64,000 bases of DNA. It comes from Monocercomonoides exilis PA203 (Eukaryota; Protista; Preaxostyla). The number at the start of each line of letters is the position of its first letter. Position 1 is the stretch's first letter. Positions 48,201-58,222 of the stretch are shown one piece after another. The notes under the pieces are model-generated. The model was not told the DNA's origin, did not search any database, and was given only the letters and a program-made list of their open reading frames with translations. The stretch spans positions 355,424 through 419,423 of the forward strand of contig LSRY02000064.1 of assembly GCA_001643675.2 (NCBI GenBank), in the 5' to 3' direction. The position numbers were made by a program, and so were the translations under genes.

Positions 48201-51200
48201 GTGGAAGTGGAGAGCAGTGGAAATGGGGAGCAGGAAGGAGTTGTGGAGACGAGTGTGAAAGCATGGATTGGGGATTTGAGTGTGTGCGTGGGAGATGGAA
48301 TGGGGGTGTATCAGGCAGTGGTGGTGTGTCGAAGTGGGGTTCTGAGTATGAGCAAGTGTGGGATGAAGGGAAGCGTTGGTGTGGTTGGGCTGAGCTTTGC
48401 GAAAGTGGTTGGAGGTCAGGTGGAAATATCAGAGATGGGGATATCAGCCATTGAATTTGGGGAAGCATCTGTGCTGGTTGCAGGAGGAGGGAGCAGAAGA
48501 AACAGCAGCAATGATGGAAGTTGCTGTTTGAAAGTGAATGACTCTGTGTTTGAGCAGATAAGGATGAGGGATGGGAGTGTTGTGAGGTGTGGAGATGGGG
48601 TAGATGTGAATGTGAAGAACTGCACATTCACGAGGGTGAGTCGCACAAGCGGAAGCGGAGGGAGTGTTTGTGTGGAGGATGGTCAGAGCACAAAGGAGAC
48701 AGCTGTTGTGGTTTCAGAAAGTGAATTTGAGGAAAGTGTTGTTGAAGGGGATGGGGCAGGAGGAGGAGGAATCTGGGGGAGGGTTACTGCAACAAGAAAG
48801 GTGGAAATTGGATCTTGCACATTGAAGGGGTGCAGAGCACCGAGTGGAGAGAAAAGGGGGTATGGAGGAGGGATGTATCTGGACGTTGTGGAAGCGAGTG
48901 CTCCCTTTGTGGTTGCAGCACCACAGTTCACAGGAGAGAATCCGAATGCTGCGAAGGAAGGAAATAACTTGTTTGTTGTGTCACCGAATCTGATGGTGAG
49001 CATGAGCAACAGCACACTTCCATTTGCAGCAGAAATGGAAGGGATGGAGTTGGATTCGATGCGAGGATTCAATGGATCTGATCGGAGTGAGAGTATCCCG
49101 CTGATCTTGTATTTCAAAGAGGTGGGATCGAAGATATATGTGTCAGGGGAAGGAGGAAAAGATATAGCAGTTTGCGGGTTTGATGAATATCCGTGCAAGA
49201 GTGCTGATTATTGCCTGGCGAGGCTGGGATCAAAAGAAGAGAAACAAGTGGCTGTGAAAGGGAGCGTGACAATGGAAAGGGAAATTGATCTGAGCGATGT
49301 GGATATTCGGGGAGAAGGTGAAAGGAGAGCAGAGATGGATGTGATTAGTGTTGTGGAAAGGGTGAGTGGGAAGATGATGAGATCTCAGGGAGTGACAAGA
49401 ATTCGCAAGCTGGATATTAAATTGCCTGCTCAACTTGGGAATGGGATGAGTGCTGCCTTCTATTCATGGGCTGTGGGAGGAGAGTTGAAGATTGAGGACT
49501 GCTGGATGGGGATGAAAAGTGGGGAGGCTGAGGAGATTGGGTATTGTTTAATATGCGCTGAAGGGAAAGTGCTGAGCTTGAATTGGGTGAGGATTGAGGA
49601 TATGAAGTCATCCCAGCCGTTATTCAGTCTGAGCTTAATCCCCATTGCTGCAGAGGAGGAGAGAGGAAACAATCGGTCTATTGAAATAAGAAACAGCTCA
49701 TTTACAAGTGTGACAATACCCGCAAATGATTGTGTAGCACTTTTTGGATCGAGGATTGAAGTTGGTCTTGAGATGGAAGAATGCAACATTTCTGATGTTG
49801 TGTCTGAGGGGAGCGGTGAAGGAGGGGCAATGAAATTCGTTGTGGAGGGATTAGGATGGGTTGAAGTGATGAAGTGCATGATTGATGGATGCAAGGCAGA
49901 GACAACAGCTTTTGGGAAAGGAGGAGGAATATACGTTGAGTGTGGAAGAGGATTTCCAGTTTCTTTTTCAGAGATAGTGTTTGAGAGATGTGATGCTTAT
50001 TGTGGGAAAAACATATTTGCGAAGGGATACAAGTTGTGGAGTGATATTGAGAAATCAAAGTTGAATGTGGAAATACCATTAGAAAAGGAGAGATTGAACG
50101 AGTTTGTTGGATATGATGAGGAAGAGTCAGTGTTGGTTCCGTTGGCAGCGTTTGTGGCAGTGTTGGAAGGGAAGGGATATGTGGGAGGAGAAAGTGGGAT
50201 AGATTATCCGAAGTGCGGAAATGAGTGGTTTGCATGCAAGACAATTGGATATGTGGGGGAATGGCGGTTCAGAGGCGAGAAGGCGGATGTATTGCTGCAG
50301 AATACGTTTTGTTTCAGAGACCTGATTGTGCTTGATGAACAAAGTTTTGAGATTTGTGCTCAAAATGAGGGAGGCGAAGTTAGAGTTGAAGGAGGAGGAG
50401 GCGGCGGAGAAGGAAGTGGGCTAATTGAAATACAGAGCAACGTGCAGCTGGAAAAGATGGCTCTCGTGCTACCATCAGTGTTTGAGCCTGTGGCGAGAGA
50501 GTGCCTGTTTTTGAGCAAGTCAGCATCTCTGATGCTTGAAGAGATGGAGATAAAGATGGAGGCTTCCGGACAGGGATGCAAATATTGGATAGTGAAGAGC
50601 GTGGGAGGGAGTGTGAAAGTGAGAGGGATGGTGATAAGAAGGGCTGAGTTTACTGGGGCAGGGGTGATTGAGATGAGTGGAGCAGAGGTTCTGGGAAATG
50701 TGAATGGGCTTGTGATGGAAGAAATAAAGATGAAAGGTGTGGGAGGGCTGGTAGTGATGAAAGGAGGTGCGAAGGTGGAGGTGATGAACTCTTCTGTGAA
50801 GGAGGCTACGTTTGAAAACCATTGTGGAATGAGCTTGGAAAGAGGAAGTGGATTGGTGATGACAGAGTGCAACATGAGTGGAGTCAAGAGAGAGGGTGGG
50901 GATGGAGGAGGGGTGGCTGGAGTGGTTGGAAGCGGGCAAAGAGTGGAGATGAAGGGGTGTGTGCTCAAGACGATGGGATGCTCTTCGTCTGGATCTGGGG
51001 GAGGAAGCGTGAAGATGGTTGTGGAGAAAGGAGGAGAGTTTGTGTTTGACTCAAACGAGGTGCGTGAGAGCAAAGTACCAGCACTTGAAGGGAATGGAGG
51101 AGGGGCGCATCTGACGCTGGAAGACAAGGATCTGAGATATTCGATGAAGGGATTGATTCTTGAAGAGAACGACGCGAAATACGGGAAGGACGTGTATCTA

Positions 51201-54200
51201 GTTTGTCCATCACCGAGAGAAATTGTTGATCCTCAGCTGTGGAGTGGGAGCGCATCAAAGGAAGAAGAGGAGAGACGAAAGTGGGTGGTGGATCCAGGGG
51301 ACGAACGGATGAACATGACTCTGTTGAGGTTTCTGTTTCCGCTGGATGAGGATATTATTTATGTGGATGAAGAATTGGGGAGAGAGGTTGATGGATGCGG
51401 ATCGAGTGTGAACCCCTGCAACGAACTGGGATATGGATATGGGAAGCTGGGAGATGCGAAAACAATCCTGCACATCCAGTACAAAGCGAAACTTGTGAGC
51501 TTGATTGAGAGAGCAGATGCAAAGCTGACGATTCGAGGGGAAGAGTTGAAATCTGAGCTTATTGTTGAAGAAGCAGGGCGTGTGGTGCTTAAATCTGGAA
51601 CACAGTCAACGTGGTTGACTTTCCAGAACGTTGTGTTCACATTGCATGGAAGTGGAGGAGAATATGATGATGTGATTGTGGGAAATGTGGGGCGAGTGTG
51701 GATTGTGGGCTGTGAATTTGGGAGCAAGAATGGAACTCAGGCTGAGTGCTCGAGGTGGATTGTTTGTGGGGGAGGGAGCAGTGTACAGATTGAGAACTCG
51801 ACTGTTGGAGCGCTTGAGTTTGTTGGAAGAGGAGGACTGTGCAAGATAACATCGGGAAGTGTGGTGATGGTGGGATGTTTTGTGGAAGATGTGAAGGGAA
51901 AAGAGAACAGTATGATTATGTGTCAAGAAGGAGCAAGCGTGTGTGTGAATGGAACAACGATAACTGGATGCGAAATGGGGAGCGGAGGACTGATAGAGGC
52001 AAGAAACGCATCGACTGTGGAAATTTTGGAGGGAACAAAATTTGAAGGATGTTCATCTGATTCAGGAGATGGAGCATGCCTTCACTGTGAGGTTGTGGGG
52101 AGCAGGAGAGTTGCAATAAAGAATGCAGTATTCAAAAGATGTATTGTGAATGAAAGATGTGGAAGAGGAGGAGGGATTTATCTGAGGTTGAAGGATGATG
52201 TGGAGAGTGACATAGAACTGTCTGGTCTCGAATTTGGAGAGAACATTGCTTTTGCAGGAAGAGATGTGTTTGTGGAGTGCGAAGAGCTGAACAAGTCAGT
52301 GAAAGCGGAGAGACTACAGATTGAGATGTTTGATACAGATGGGAGGCAGATTGCGTTTATGGAAGGAACTGACAACGGAGCTTTTAATGGGCTTGTGGTG
52401 GATCTTGGACTGTTTTTATTTCAGTATTGCTCAGGAACAGTTGCCGTGTGCAGCCAGACAGGCATTGATATTGCGGGGTGTGGAAGAGCAGAGATGCCAT
52501 GCAACACTTTCTGGTCTGGGTTTCAGCATGTGAATTGGCCAGCTTCAGGGATGAAGCAGATGGTGCTTGAGGGGACAATGAGTGTCCGCGACACGTTTTG
52601 CGTGTCTTTGCTGAGAATTGTTTCGTCAAGTGATGAAAAAAACTGTGTTATCCACTTTGAGGCAGATCTGGAAGCAGTCGAGGGGGATGAAGTGTTTTTG
52701 GCATCAGAAGATGCTTCTTTCAGTGGCATTTCATTTGTTATTCCATCAGCATTTGCACCAGAGAGAGTCTGCTTGGTTTTACTGGATCCAGAAGCAGCAT
52801 CCTTTGCAGAGTTTAGTTTCAAAAACTGTTCATTCCAGTATGTCGAATCCGTGAAAGGAAATATAGCAATTGGGTATTGCTTGATTGAAGCAAAAGGAGG
52901 GATGGTTGGGATAGAGAACTGCACATTTGGAAACTTCTTATTTAGCACACCTCCACTTGTATTTTTATCTGCCGCAACAATCGATGGATGCACATTTGAG
53001 TCGATGGAAACACCAAATAGCAAGCAAGGAGGAGCAATAAAAGTGAATTTTGGAGCAAATTATCAGCTCATCGTAAAGAAGACGAAATTAATAGGATGTG
53101 GATGTTCAATGGAGGAAGGAAAGGGAGGAGGAATGTATGTGGACTGCACGGAATCAACAGCTGACGAGCCATTTGTGTTTGAAAACATGATGTTTGAGAT
53201 GAACAAGGCGTTTGCAGGAGAAAACATTTTTGTTGTGAGTTCGTGCTTGAACAGGACAGTAACAGAGCGTTCATTTCTGTTTAGCTATGAGCAAACGAGC
53301 ACCAATGGAAAGGAGTTTATGGGGAGTGATGATCAGTTTGTCGATACAGATCTGCTGCGTTTCTTGGTGTTGTACAAGAGCAGTACGATCCATGTGTCAT
53401 CAAGTGGAGCGGATGTGAAGCGTTGTGGAAGTGAGGCTGAACCATGCCAATCGTTCTGGAGCGGAATGAGCCATATTGTGAGAAATGAAAGTGGGATGGA
53501 AATTGCTATAAGTGGAGAAACAACAGTTGCTGATGAATATGATGTTTCAATGCTCAGGATTGGATCATATGGGAGTGACGCAGGAGAACAGTTGAAAGGG
53601 AAAGTGATAATTGTCGGAAAACAGAGTGGCAGGACAGGAGGATATTTTGTGAACAGAGAAAGATTGGAAGTAGAATTGATTCACTTTGTGATAAGAGCGC
53701 AATTTGACAGTTTGTCAAACTGCGTGATTGTGAACGAGGAAGGGAGATTAGAAGTTAAGAAGTGTGGAGTTGAGATGAGGGATGTGAACGGTGATGTGGC
53801 TGGATGCAGTTTTGTGGAGATGAGGAAGGGAGAATTGAATGTGGAAGGGTTGGAAATGGAAGCATCGGTGATCGAAAAGAGTGTATTTGTGATTTTTGAA
53901 GAGTGCCGATGCAAGTGCAAAGGGTTGAGCCTTCTTGCAACAGAAATAAGGAGAGGGTGTCTGTTTGAGATTGCTAATGGGTTGGGCAGAGCAAACGAAA
54001 GAGGCAAACTTGAATTGAATGACTCTTCATTGAGCATGATATCGAGAGGAGGCAATGGAGGAAGCGTCATCCATATTGGTGCAACGGGAGGAGGAGCTGG
54101 AGCGGATAATGTGAGTGAGATGGATGTGGAAGTGAGCAATTGCGAATTTGTTGATTGCAAGGCAGAAGCAAGCATGGGTGGGGGAGTGATGTTTGTGTGG

Positions 54201-57200
54201 CTGAGGGAAGGAGGAGCGCTGAGGGTGAGAGACACAACAATGATGAGGTGCAGCTGTTCGAGTCAGGGGAGAGGAGGAGGGGTGTATATTGGAACAGATT
54301 TAGGAGGGAAGCTGGACTTTGTGTTTGAGAGGATGGCGTTGAAGGGGAACACGGCTGGGGTGGGGAATGATATATATGTGCGGTGTGTGAACATCAGTCA
54401 GCAGATCAACGAGACTCAGTTCCGGTTCTCTCTGAGAGAGAGCGATTACTCGAGGAGGAATGCGATCTTCGGATGTGACACGACAGACCATGTGCTGGAC
54501 ACGGATCTGATGGATTTCATCACGATATACGAGAGCGACATGATTGTTGTGTGTTCGTTGGATGAAAAGAAAGGGAAGGACGCTCGGCAGTGTGGAACAG
54601 CAAAATTGCCGTGTGTGAGTGTGGGATATGGAGCGCAGCATCTGACGAATGAGCTGATGAGCGTGATGCTTGTTGATGAGGTATCGGTGATAGAGGGAGA
54701 AGTGAGTCTGAAGAACATGACTCTTGAGTCGCGATCAAAGAGCACAGCAAGAGTGGAGGTGGTGAATGGGATGGAGCAGACAAGGGAGTGTGTGATTGAG
54801 GTTACAGAGCATGTGGTTCTGTCATTTGTGAGATTTGAATTTGGAGAACGGATGCTGAATGGGTACTCGGTGTTTATATCTGTTGTGAATGACAGTGTGA
54901 GTGTGGAAAATTGTGTCTTTGGAGCGTTGGAACCTTCTGCAACATTGTGTGTCGTTCCATTCTGTTTAATCCATATAACTGCAGGAGAAGGATTGATAGG
55001 TGGATGCAGTATTTGTGGGCTATCATTTTCTGAAGCAATATTTGAAATTGAGCACAGCTCATTCACAATTTCATCTTGCAACTTCACAGAAATGGAATGC
55101 AGGAATAATGTTGTGAGGCAATGCGAGGGGAATCTGGCTGTGAGGAACAGCTCGATATCGATAAAGGATGAAGAAGGAACTTGTGAGGCAGGAGTGAGTT
55201 GTTCATCAGTTTCGTCAGTTCAGATGGAGTCATGCACGATTAGAGGGAGATCCGTGGAGAATGAGAAGGGGTGTGTTGTTTCATTTGTGAAGTGTGGAAA
55301 TGTGAAGATTGATTCGTGCTCATTTCTGGGAAGCACAACTGGAAGTGAAAAGGAGAATGGTTTCAAGGGAGATGCAGACATCTGCTTGTGGAATGGCTCC
55401 ATTGTCAGTGTTGATAATTGTGAGGTGTTGATGAAAGATTCCACAATATCGAATTCATCAGAAGGTGGAATCACAATTAGTGGAGGAAATGTGAATATTG
55501 AGAAAGGAGAGTTCATTGACAACAATCCATCGATTGAAGGATATCCATCATTGAGAAGAAACATCATCTGTTCAGATTCTGCCTCACTGACCATTTCGAG
55601 CTTGAAAGGTGGAGATGGACTGATGCCCAATTCTTCGTTTTGGATTTTGAATGATGGATGCACACTTGGAGGAATAGCAGGAGAAAGACCATCGTCTTTC
55701 TTCATTCCCAGACTGGAAGAGGTTTCTGTGAATGAAAGTGGAAGCAAGATTTTTGTCCAATTCAAGGGATCTCTTTTTGTGCCGTGTGACTTGTCGTTCA
55801 GACTTGTGTATAAAACAGGGGATGTGGAGCTGGTTGAGACATATCGTTTTGAGGAAGACAGTTTTGTATCAGAAAATGAAGTGATTGGAAGAGTTCCATC
55901 AGAAAATATTTCATTGGCTTCAGATGAAACAGAGGTGTCAGTGACGATTCTGTTTGGAAAGCAATCGGCAGAGACATTTCCGCTGATTCTGAAAAACAGA
56001 AGTGAACACAAAGGAAATGGAGATGAAAGGATTGCTGAAGGAAGAAAAGAGGGGAAATCGATATGGCCTATTATTGTGATTATTATGGCAATAATTCTCA
56101 TAATTGTTCTCATTGGATTTATTTTGTTTGCTATCCGATGGAAGAAGGCAAAGAACGAGAACAACGATTTGAGAGAAATTGTGAATGATAACATCAGAAA
56201 AGATCCGAAGGCATTTGAGATGGTGACGATGGAGATGTCACCGGAGGAGCAGTGGAGGAGAGCGGAGAGAGAAGCTGAAAAGAAGAATGAAGAAAGGATC
56301 AAGAAGAGGGTGTATGACAAGACGATGGAACATTCAGAGTCATCAGAGCATTTGTTGAGTGAGAGCGGATCAACAGAATATATCCTAGGAAGAGATTCAG
56401 ACAAGATTCCAGAATGGATGTTGGAAAAGGTTGAAGAAGAGGAAATTAGAAAGCAGGCTCCATCACCATCCATTTCATCCACTTCAACCACAGACACTTC
56501 AGACACAGAATCCACATTTGTTCGTGGAGAGGATCTGTGTCCAACCACTTCATCCATGTCAAATCTGGTGGATGCGATGGCCTGTTCATCGCCGCATGAA
56601 AAGCTGATTGTGGATCTGAGAGATTCGTTGTTTATGTTGTTGCATGGAAGGAATAAGACAAAGGAAATGGCAATTGGCACTCTGCAGGAGAGGGAGCAGA
56701 CAGCTGCCCAAATTCTATTTTGGGTTGCGAATCTTGCTCTTCACTCGTTTGATGAAATGGAGAACAAGCTTCAGTCACTTGCCAATTTGAGTCCGCTCAT
56801 TGTGCTGTTCTCAGAGCATATGGTGATCTGCATTGCCCTCCACTCTGACTGCTCTTCTTCAGATTCAGACTCATCCTCAATATCTTCATCAACAGTTGTG
56901 ACATCAACCAGTGAGGATGATGATGAAAGAGATTCTCTGCCCTCATCAGCGTTTGAAGATGAAGAAGATAACAGGAATGAGTGTTTGAGGTGGAAGGCAC
57001 CTGAATTGCTGAATAGAACAAAGAAGCATGCGACGAAGAAGACAGTTGTGTTCTCGATTGGGATGATGTTGTGGGAGTGTCTGACACTCAAAGTTCCGTT
57101 TGGGGAGTATGAGGGGGAGGTGGCAGGGCAGAAGATAGTGAATGGGGAAAGGCCGTGTGGAGGGGAGAGTGAGGCAAGTGGGATGCATGAGTTGGTGAAG

Positions 57201-57371
57201 GGATGCTGGAGGGCAGAACGAGGGGAAAGGGTGACGTTGATGTGGGTGAAGCGGGAATTGTTTGGGCATTTCCCAGGAGAAGCAGCGGCGATGACGATGA
57301 CGGATGCAATTTTATATGAGGAGAGCAAAGACAACATCTCGAGCTGCGAGAGTCTTGTGGAATATTTTTAA
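45270..57371 (+). CDS. Giant single-pass receptor-like protein, paralogue C (8 Cys-motif modules, TM, pseudokinase)
   Basis: 4033-aa uninterrupted ORF with signal peptide. Module Cys codons at ~46992, 48036, 49173, 50214, 51396, 52479, 53424 and 54591. From ~55558 it is near-identical to A (from ~7810) and B. Confidence 0.9.
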   Translation: MMPSRYHLFLFAIAVLFVREIDAEIVSKENEDLLLKGELITDSSKEKGRYTEIKNNCKPEYSNYRKQRGKDDGGNKNQEIGKKANQKNGFNEMIDCFICEGLIECSTLNSHFVVLNSTLEACCVLFVQKTLNGMVELIGNSVLKIKSVLIDFNSQSEVSAFVARGGEIYFESISALPTGLSRPIQSFVANEQDGDESTIKVSFVKSTLRQISIASSSSCLVQGLAGNVNIHECCFINVSQCMKQKRKVTLPQSQMKWVKCEVENSEFVGCDNPQYGAVIVPTEETLKMKNSSFERCTITHTPVNGSRNSYSSGDVVASSIVFSDMTSKIEPCLAIYAEKTATLIIDSCVFRNISSNIDRSLYGGAVHHEGNGYHKSRGCNYTNCSSKYAGGALNIETKGDKFVQSCIIIGSSSMHYSGVFLNFVSNNSIFNNNLVRECTASNYGADAGVFVGNNTAIFSECKFSSCISDNYCGTLSFVWLEEGSSAGIVYIYFCIFDNNTVKMKDGGCDIGSWNGSYYINKVVKESFVSSFSLSTQSVRVMIGGINHTEWLPNPPIENLFVHVSSVLGDDSRSGCGCEVIPCQSIGKGVFQRKDGQWLIVSEGAYSHDCLPVLDMNVNLNGGNMETSTLTSCGTGNGKALFEVTTGSLAIEHFKIVHSSSESDPGSSVAAMSGNGKMELSDCEVRSKEEDSVPFTKSMIVVEQGLATFRFVGFMNFRSSKQLISFSSPTEISVEAVEFHSITRTIGDGAVLEVNVKSGEELSLNNISFDKCKSCGGNGGGVWVELERGGTFEMGNTSDVSKGVRMRECEAMVNENTGKGGCGGGVYINVGDGVDSFVLKRVQFVGCIAVKGKSLFVNAEQLSGLINRNSIGFDLVQSDLEELRGRESSIMDEGASVPLVVFLWTNTTSFGHVGGKDGVDFSRCGFEEAPCSSIKQAINVWFSEKNRFIKIQSPFVLSEELSVNSYEWNITGSEPETQVEVESSGNGEQEGVVETSVKAWIGDLSVCVGDGMGVYQAVVVCRSGVLSMSKCGMKGSVGVVGLSFAKVVGGQVEISEMGISAIEFGEASVLVAGGGSRRNSSNDGSCCLKVNDSVFEQIRMRDGSVVRCGDGVDVNVKNCTFTRVSRTSGSGGSVCVEDGQSTKETAVVVSESEFEESVVEGDGAGGGGIWGRVTATRKVEIGSCTLKGCRAPSGEKRGYGGGMYLDVVEASAPFVVAAPQFTGENPNAAKEGNNLFVVSPNLMVSMSNSTLPFAAEMEGMELDSMRGFNGSDRSESIPLILYFKEVGSKIYVSGEGGKDIAVCGFDEYPCKSADYCLARLGSKEEKQVAVKGSVTMEREIDLSDVDIRGEGERRAEMDVISVVERVSGKMMRSQGVTRIRKLDIKLPAQLGNGMSAAFYSWAVGGELKIEDCWMGMKSGEAEEIGYCLICAEGKVLSLNWVRIEDMKSSQPLFSLSLIPIAAEEERGNNRSIEIRNSSFTSVTIPANDCVALFGSRIEVGLEMEECNISDVVSEGSGEGGAMKFVVEGLGWVEVMKCMIDGCKAETTAFGKGGGIYVECGRGFPVSFSEIVFERCDAYCGKNIFAKGYKLWSDIEKSKLNVEIPLEKERLNEFVGYDEEESVLVPLAAFVAVLEGKGYVGGESGIDYPKCGNEWFACKTIGYVGEWRFRGEKADVLLQNTFCFRDLIVLDEQSFEICAQNEGGEVRVEGGGGGGEGSGLIEIQSNVQLEKMALVLPSVFEPVARECLFLSKSASLMLEEMEIKMEASGQGCKYWIVKSVGGSVKVRGMVIRRAEFTGAGVIEMSGAEVLGNVNGLVMEEIKMKGVGGLVVMKGGAKVEVMNSSVKEATFENHCGMSLERGSGLVMTECNMSGVKREGGDGGGVAGVVGSGQRVEMKGCVLKTMGCSSSGSGGGSVKMVVEKGGEFVFDSNEVRESKVPALEGNGGGAHLTLEDKDLRYSMKGLILEENDAKYGKDVYLVCPSPREIVDPQLWSGSASKEEEERRKWVVDPGDERMNMTLLRFLFPLDEDIIYVDEELGREVDGCGSSVNPCNELGYGYGKLGDAKTILHIQYKAKLVSLIERADAKLTIRGEELKSELIVEEAGRVVLKSGTQSTWLTFQNVVFTLHGSGGEYDDVIVGNVGRVWIVGCEFGSKNGTQAECSRWIVCGGGSSVQIENSTVGALEFVGRGGLCKITSGSVVMVGCFVEDVKGKENSMIMCQEGASVCVNGTTITGCEMGSGGLIEARNASTVEILEGTKFEGCSSDSGDGACLHCEVVGSRRVAIKNAVFKRCIVNERCGRGGGIYLRLKDDVESDIELSGLEFGENIAFAGRDVFVECEELNKSVKAERLQIEMFDTDGRQIAFMEGTDNGAFNGLVVDLGLFLFQYCSGTVAVCSQTGIDIAGCGRAEMPCNTFWSGFQHVNWPASGMKQMVLEGTMSVRDTFCVSLLRIVSSSDEKNCVIHFEADLEAVEGDEVFLASEDASFSGISFVIPSAFAPERVCLVLLDPEAASFAEFSFKNCSFQYVESVKGNIAIGYCLIEAKGGMVGIENCTFGNFLFSTPPLVFLSAATIDGCTFESMETPNSKQGGAIKVNFGANYQLIVKKTKLIGCGCSMEEGKGGGMYVDCTESTADEPFVFENMMFEMNKAFAGENIFVVSSCLNRTVTERSFLFSYEQTSTNGKEFMGSDDQFVDTDLLRFLVLYKSSTIHVSSSGADVKRCGSEAEPCQSFWSGMSHIVRNESGMEIAISGETTVADEYDVSMLRIGSYGSDAGEQLKGKVIIVGKQSGRTGGYFVNRERLEVELIHFVIRAQFDSLSNCVIVNEEGRLEVKKCGVEMRDVNGDVAGCSFVEMRKGELNVEGLEMEASVIEKSVFVIFEECRCKCKGLSLLATEIRRGCLFEIANGLGRANERGKLELNDSSLSMISRGGNGGSVIHIGATGGGAGADNVSEMDVEVSNCEFVDCKAEASMGGGVMFVWLREGGALRVRDTTMMRCSCSSQGRGGGVYIGTDLGGKLDFVFERMALKGNTAGVGNDIYVRCVNISQQINETQFRFSLRESDYSRRNAIFGCDTTDHVLDTDLMDFITIYESDMIVVCSLDEKKGKDARQCGTAKLPCVSVGYGAQHLTNELMSVMLVDEVSVIEGEVSLKNMTLESRSKSTARVEVVNGMEQTRECVIEVTEHVVLSFVRFEFGERMLNGYSVFISVVNDSVSVENCVFGALEPSATLCVVPFCLIHITAGEGLIGGCSICGLSFSEAIFEIEHSSFTISSCNFTEMECRNNVVRQCEGNLAVRNSSISIKDEEGTCEAGVSCSSVSSVQMESCTIRGRSVENEKGCVVSFVKCGNVKIDSCSFLGSTTGSEKENGFKGDADICLWNGSIVSVDNCEVLMKDSTISNSSEGGITISGGNVNIEKGEFIDNNPSIEGYPSLRRNIICSDSASLTISSLKGGDGLMPNSSFWILNDGCTLGGIAGERPSSFFIPRLEEVSVNESGSKIFVQFKGSLFVPCDLSFRLVYKTGDVELVETYRFEEDSFVSENEVIGRVPSENISLASDETEVSVTILFGKQSAETFPLILKNRSEHKGNGDERIAEGRKEGKSIWPIIVIIMAIILIIVLIGFILFAIRWKKAKNENNDLREIVNDNIRKDPKAFEMVTMEMSPEEQWRRAEREAEKKNEERIKKRVYDKTMEHSESSEHLLSESGSTEYILGRDSDKIPEWMLEKVEEEEIRKQAPSPSISSTSTTDTSDTESTFVRGEDLCPTTSSMSNLVDAMACSSPHEKLIVDLRDSLFMLLHGRNKTKEMAIGTLQEREQTAAQILFWVANLALHSFDEMENKLQSLANLSPLIVLFSEHMVICIALHSDCSSSDSDSSSISSSTVVTSTSEDDDERDSLPSSAFEDEEDNRNECLRWKAPELLNRTKKHATKKTVVFSIGMMLWECLTLKVPFGEYEGEVAGQKIVNGERPCGGESEASGMHELVKGCWRAERGERVTLMWVKRELFGHFPGEAAAMTMTDAILYEESKDNISSCESLVEYF

Positions 57372-58222
57372 AGAAGCAGATGAGGAAATATCCAGAAAAG
57401 GAATTCAAAACAAATTGTGAATCTGCTTCTGAAAGATTGAAAATTCGAAAACAATGCAGGTGGAAGAAAATTAAAAGAGAACAATCTTTTTCTTTGGAGA
57501 TAATGGACAGCATGAGAATGGATTGAAATGTGCACTTATGCTCACTGGGGAAAATAATTGAAAATTTTGTCTTTTTCTGTTTTGTTTGCTGAAATTTTGA
57601 TTCAGTTAATTTCAATAAAATGGTGATGGATTTTGAAAAGGATCATTGGATTCAATGAAGAGTTTGATGAAATTGCAAAATGAATGAATTTTCTTTTTCA
57701 AGTAATGTTTGTATTTTTTTAGTGAAAATACTCTTTCAATGAGAGAGTGTTGTGTTGATGGATGCAATGAACGATTTAAAAGAATATATTTTTAAGTGGT
57801 TTTGACAAAAGGATCGTTTGAGTGAAATGTGGAGCTTTTTGCTTTGTTGAACAAGGTTTTCGCACGTATTCAAAATACCAATTGATTTCACATGTTTATT
57901 TCGCATTTCAATACGTTTATGAACTTAGCATTTTGCTATTTAGAAATTAACTGGAGCTTTGCTTTTTCTTTATGCTTTTGAATATGTATTTATATTTATG
58001 CTTATATTTATGTTTATATATTTATTCAGAAATTGAAATTGATATTTGAATTTGAATTTATTTTAATCTGAAATGACATCCATTTTTTCGCATAAATTTC
58101 GTATCTAACTATTTATAATGTTTGTTGAGTTTGACATATATTTTTCATAAAAGCAACTTCACAATAATCACAATATTTTTTAGAAAAACTTCAAAAAAAT
58201 TAACAAATTACTGAGTGAAAGT
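57372..58222 (+). repeat. Second copy of the ~850-bp 3' flank (matches 9624-10473)
   Basis: Direct comparison shows only scattered substitutions and indels. Confidence 0.92.
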
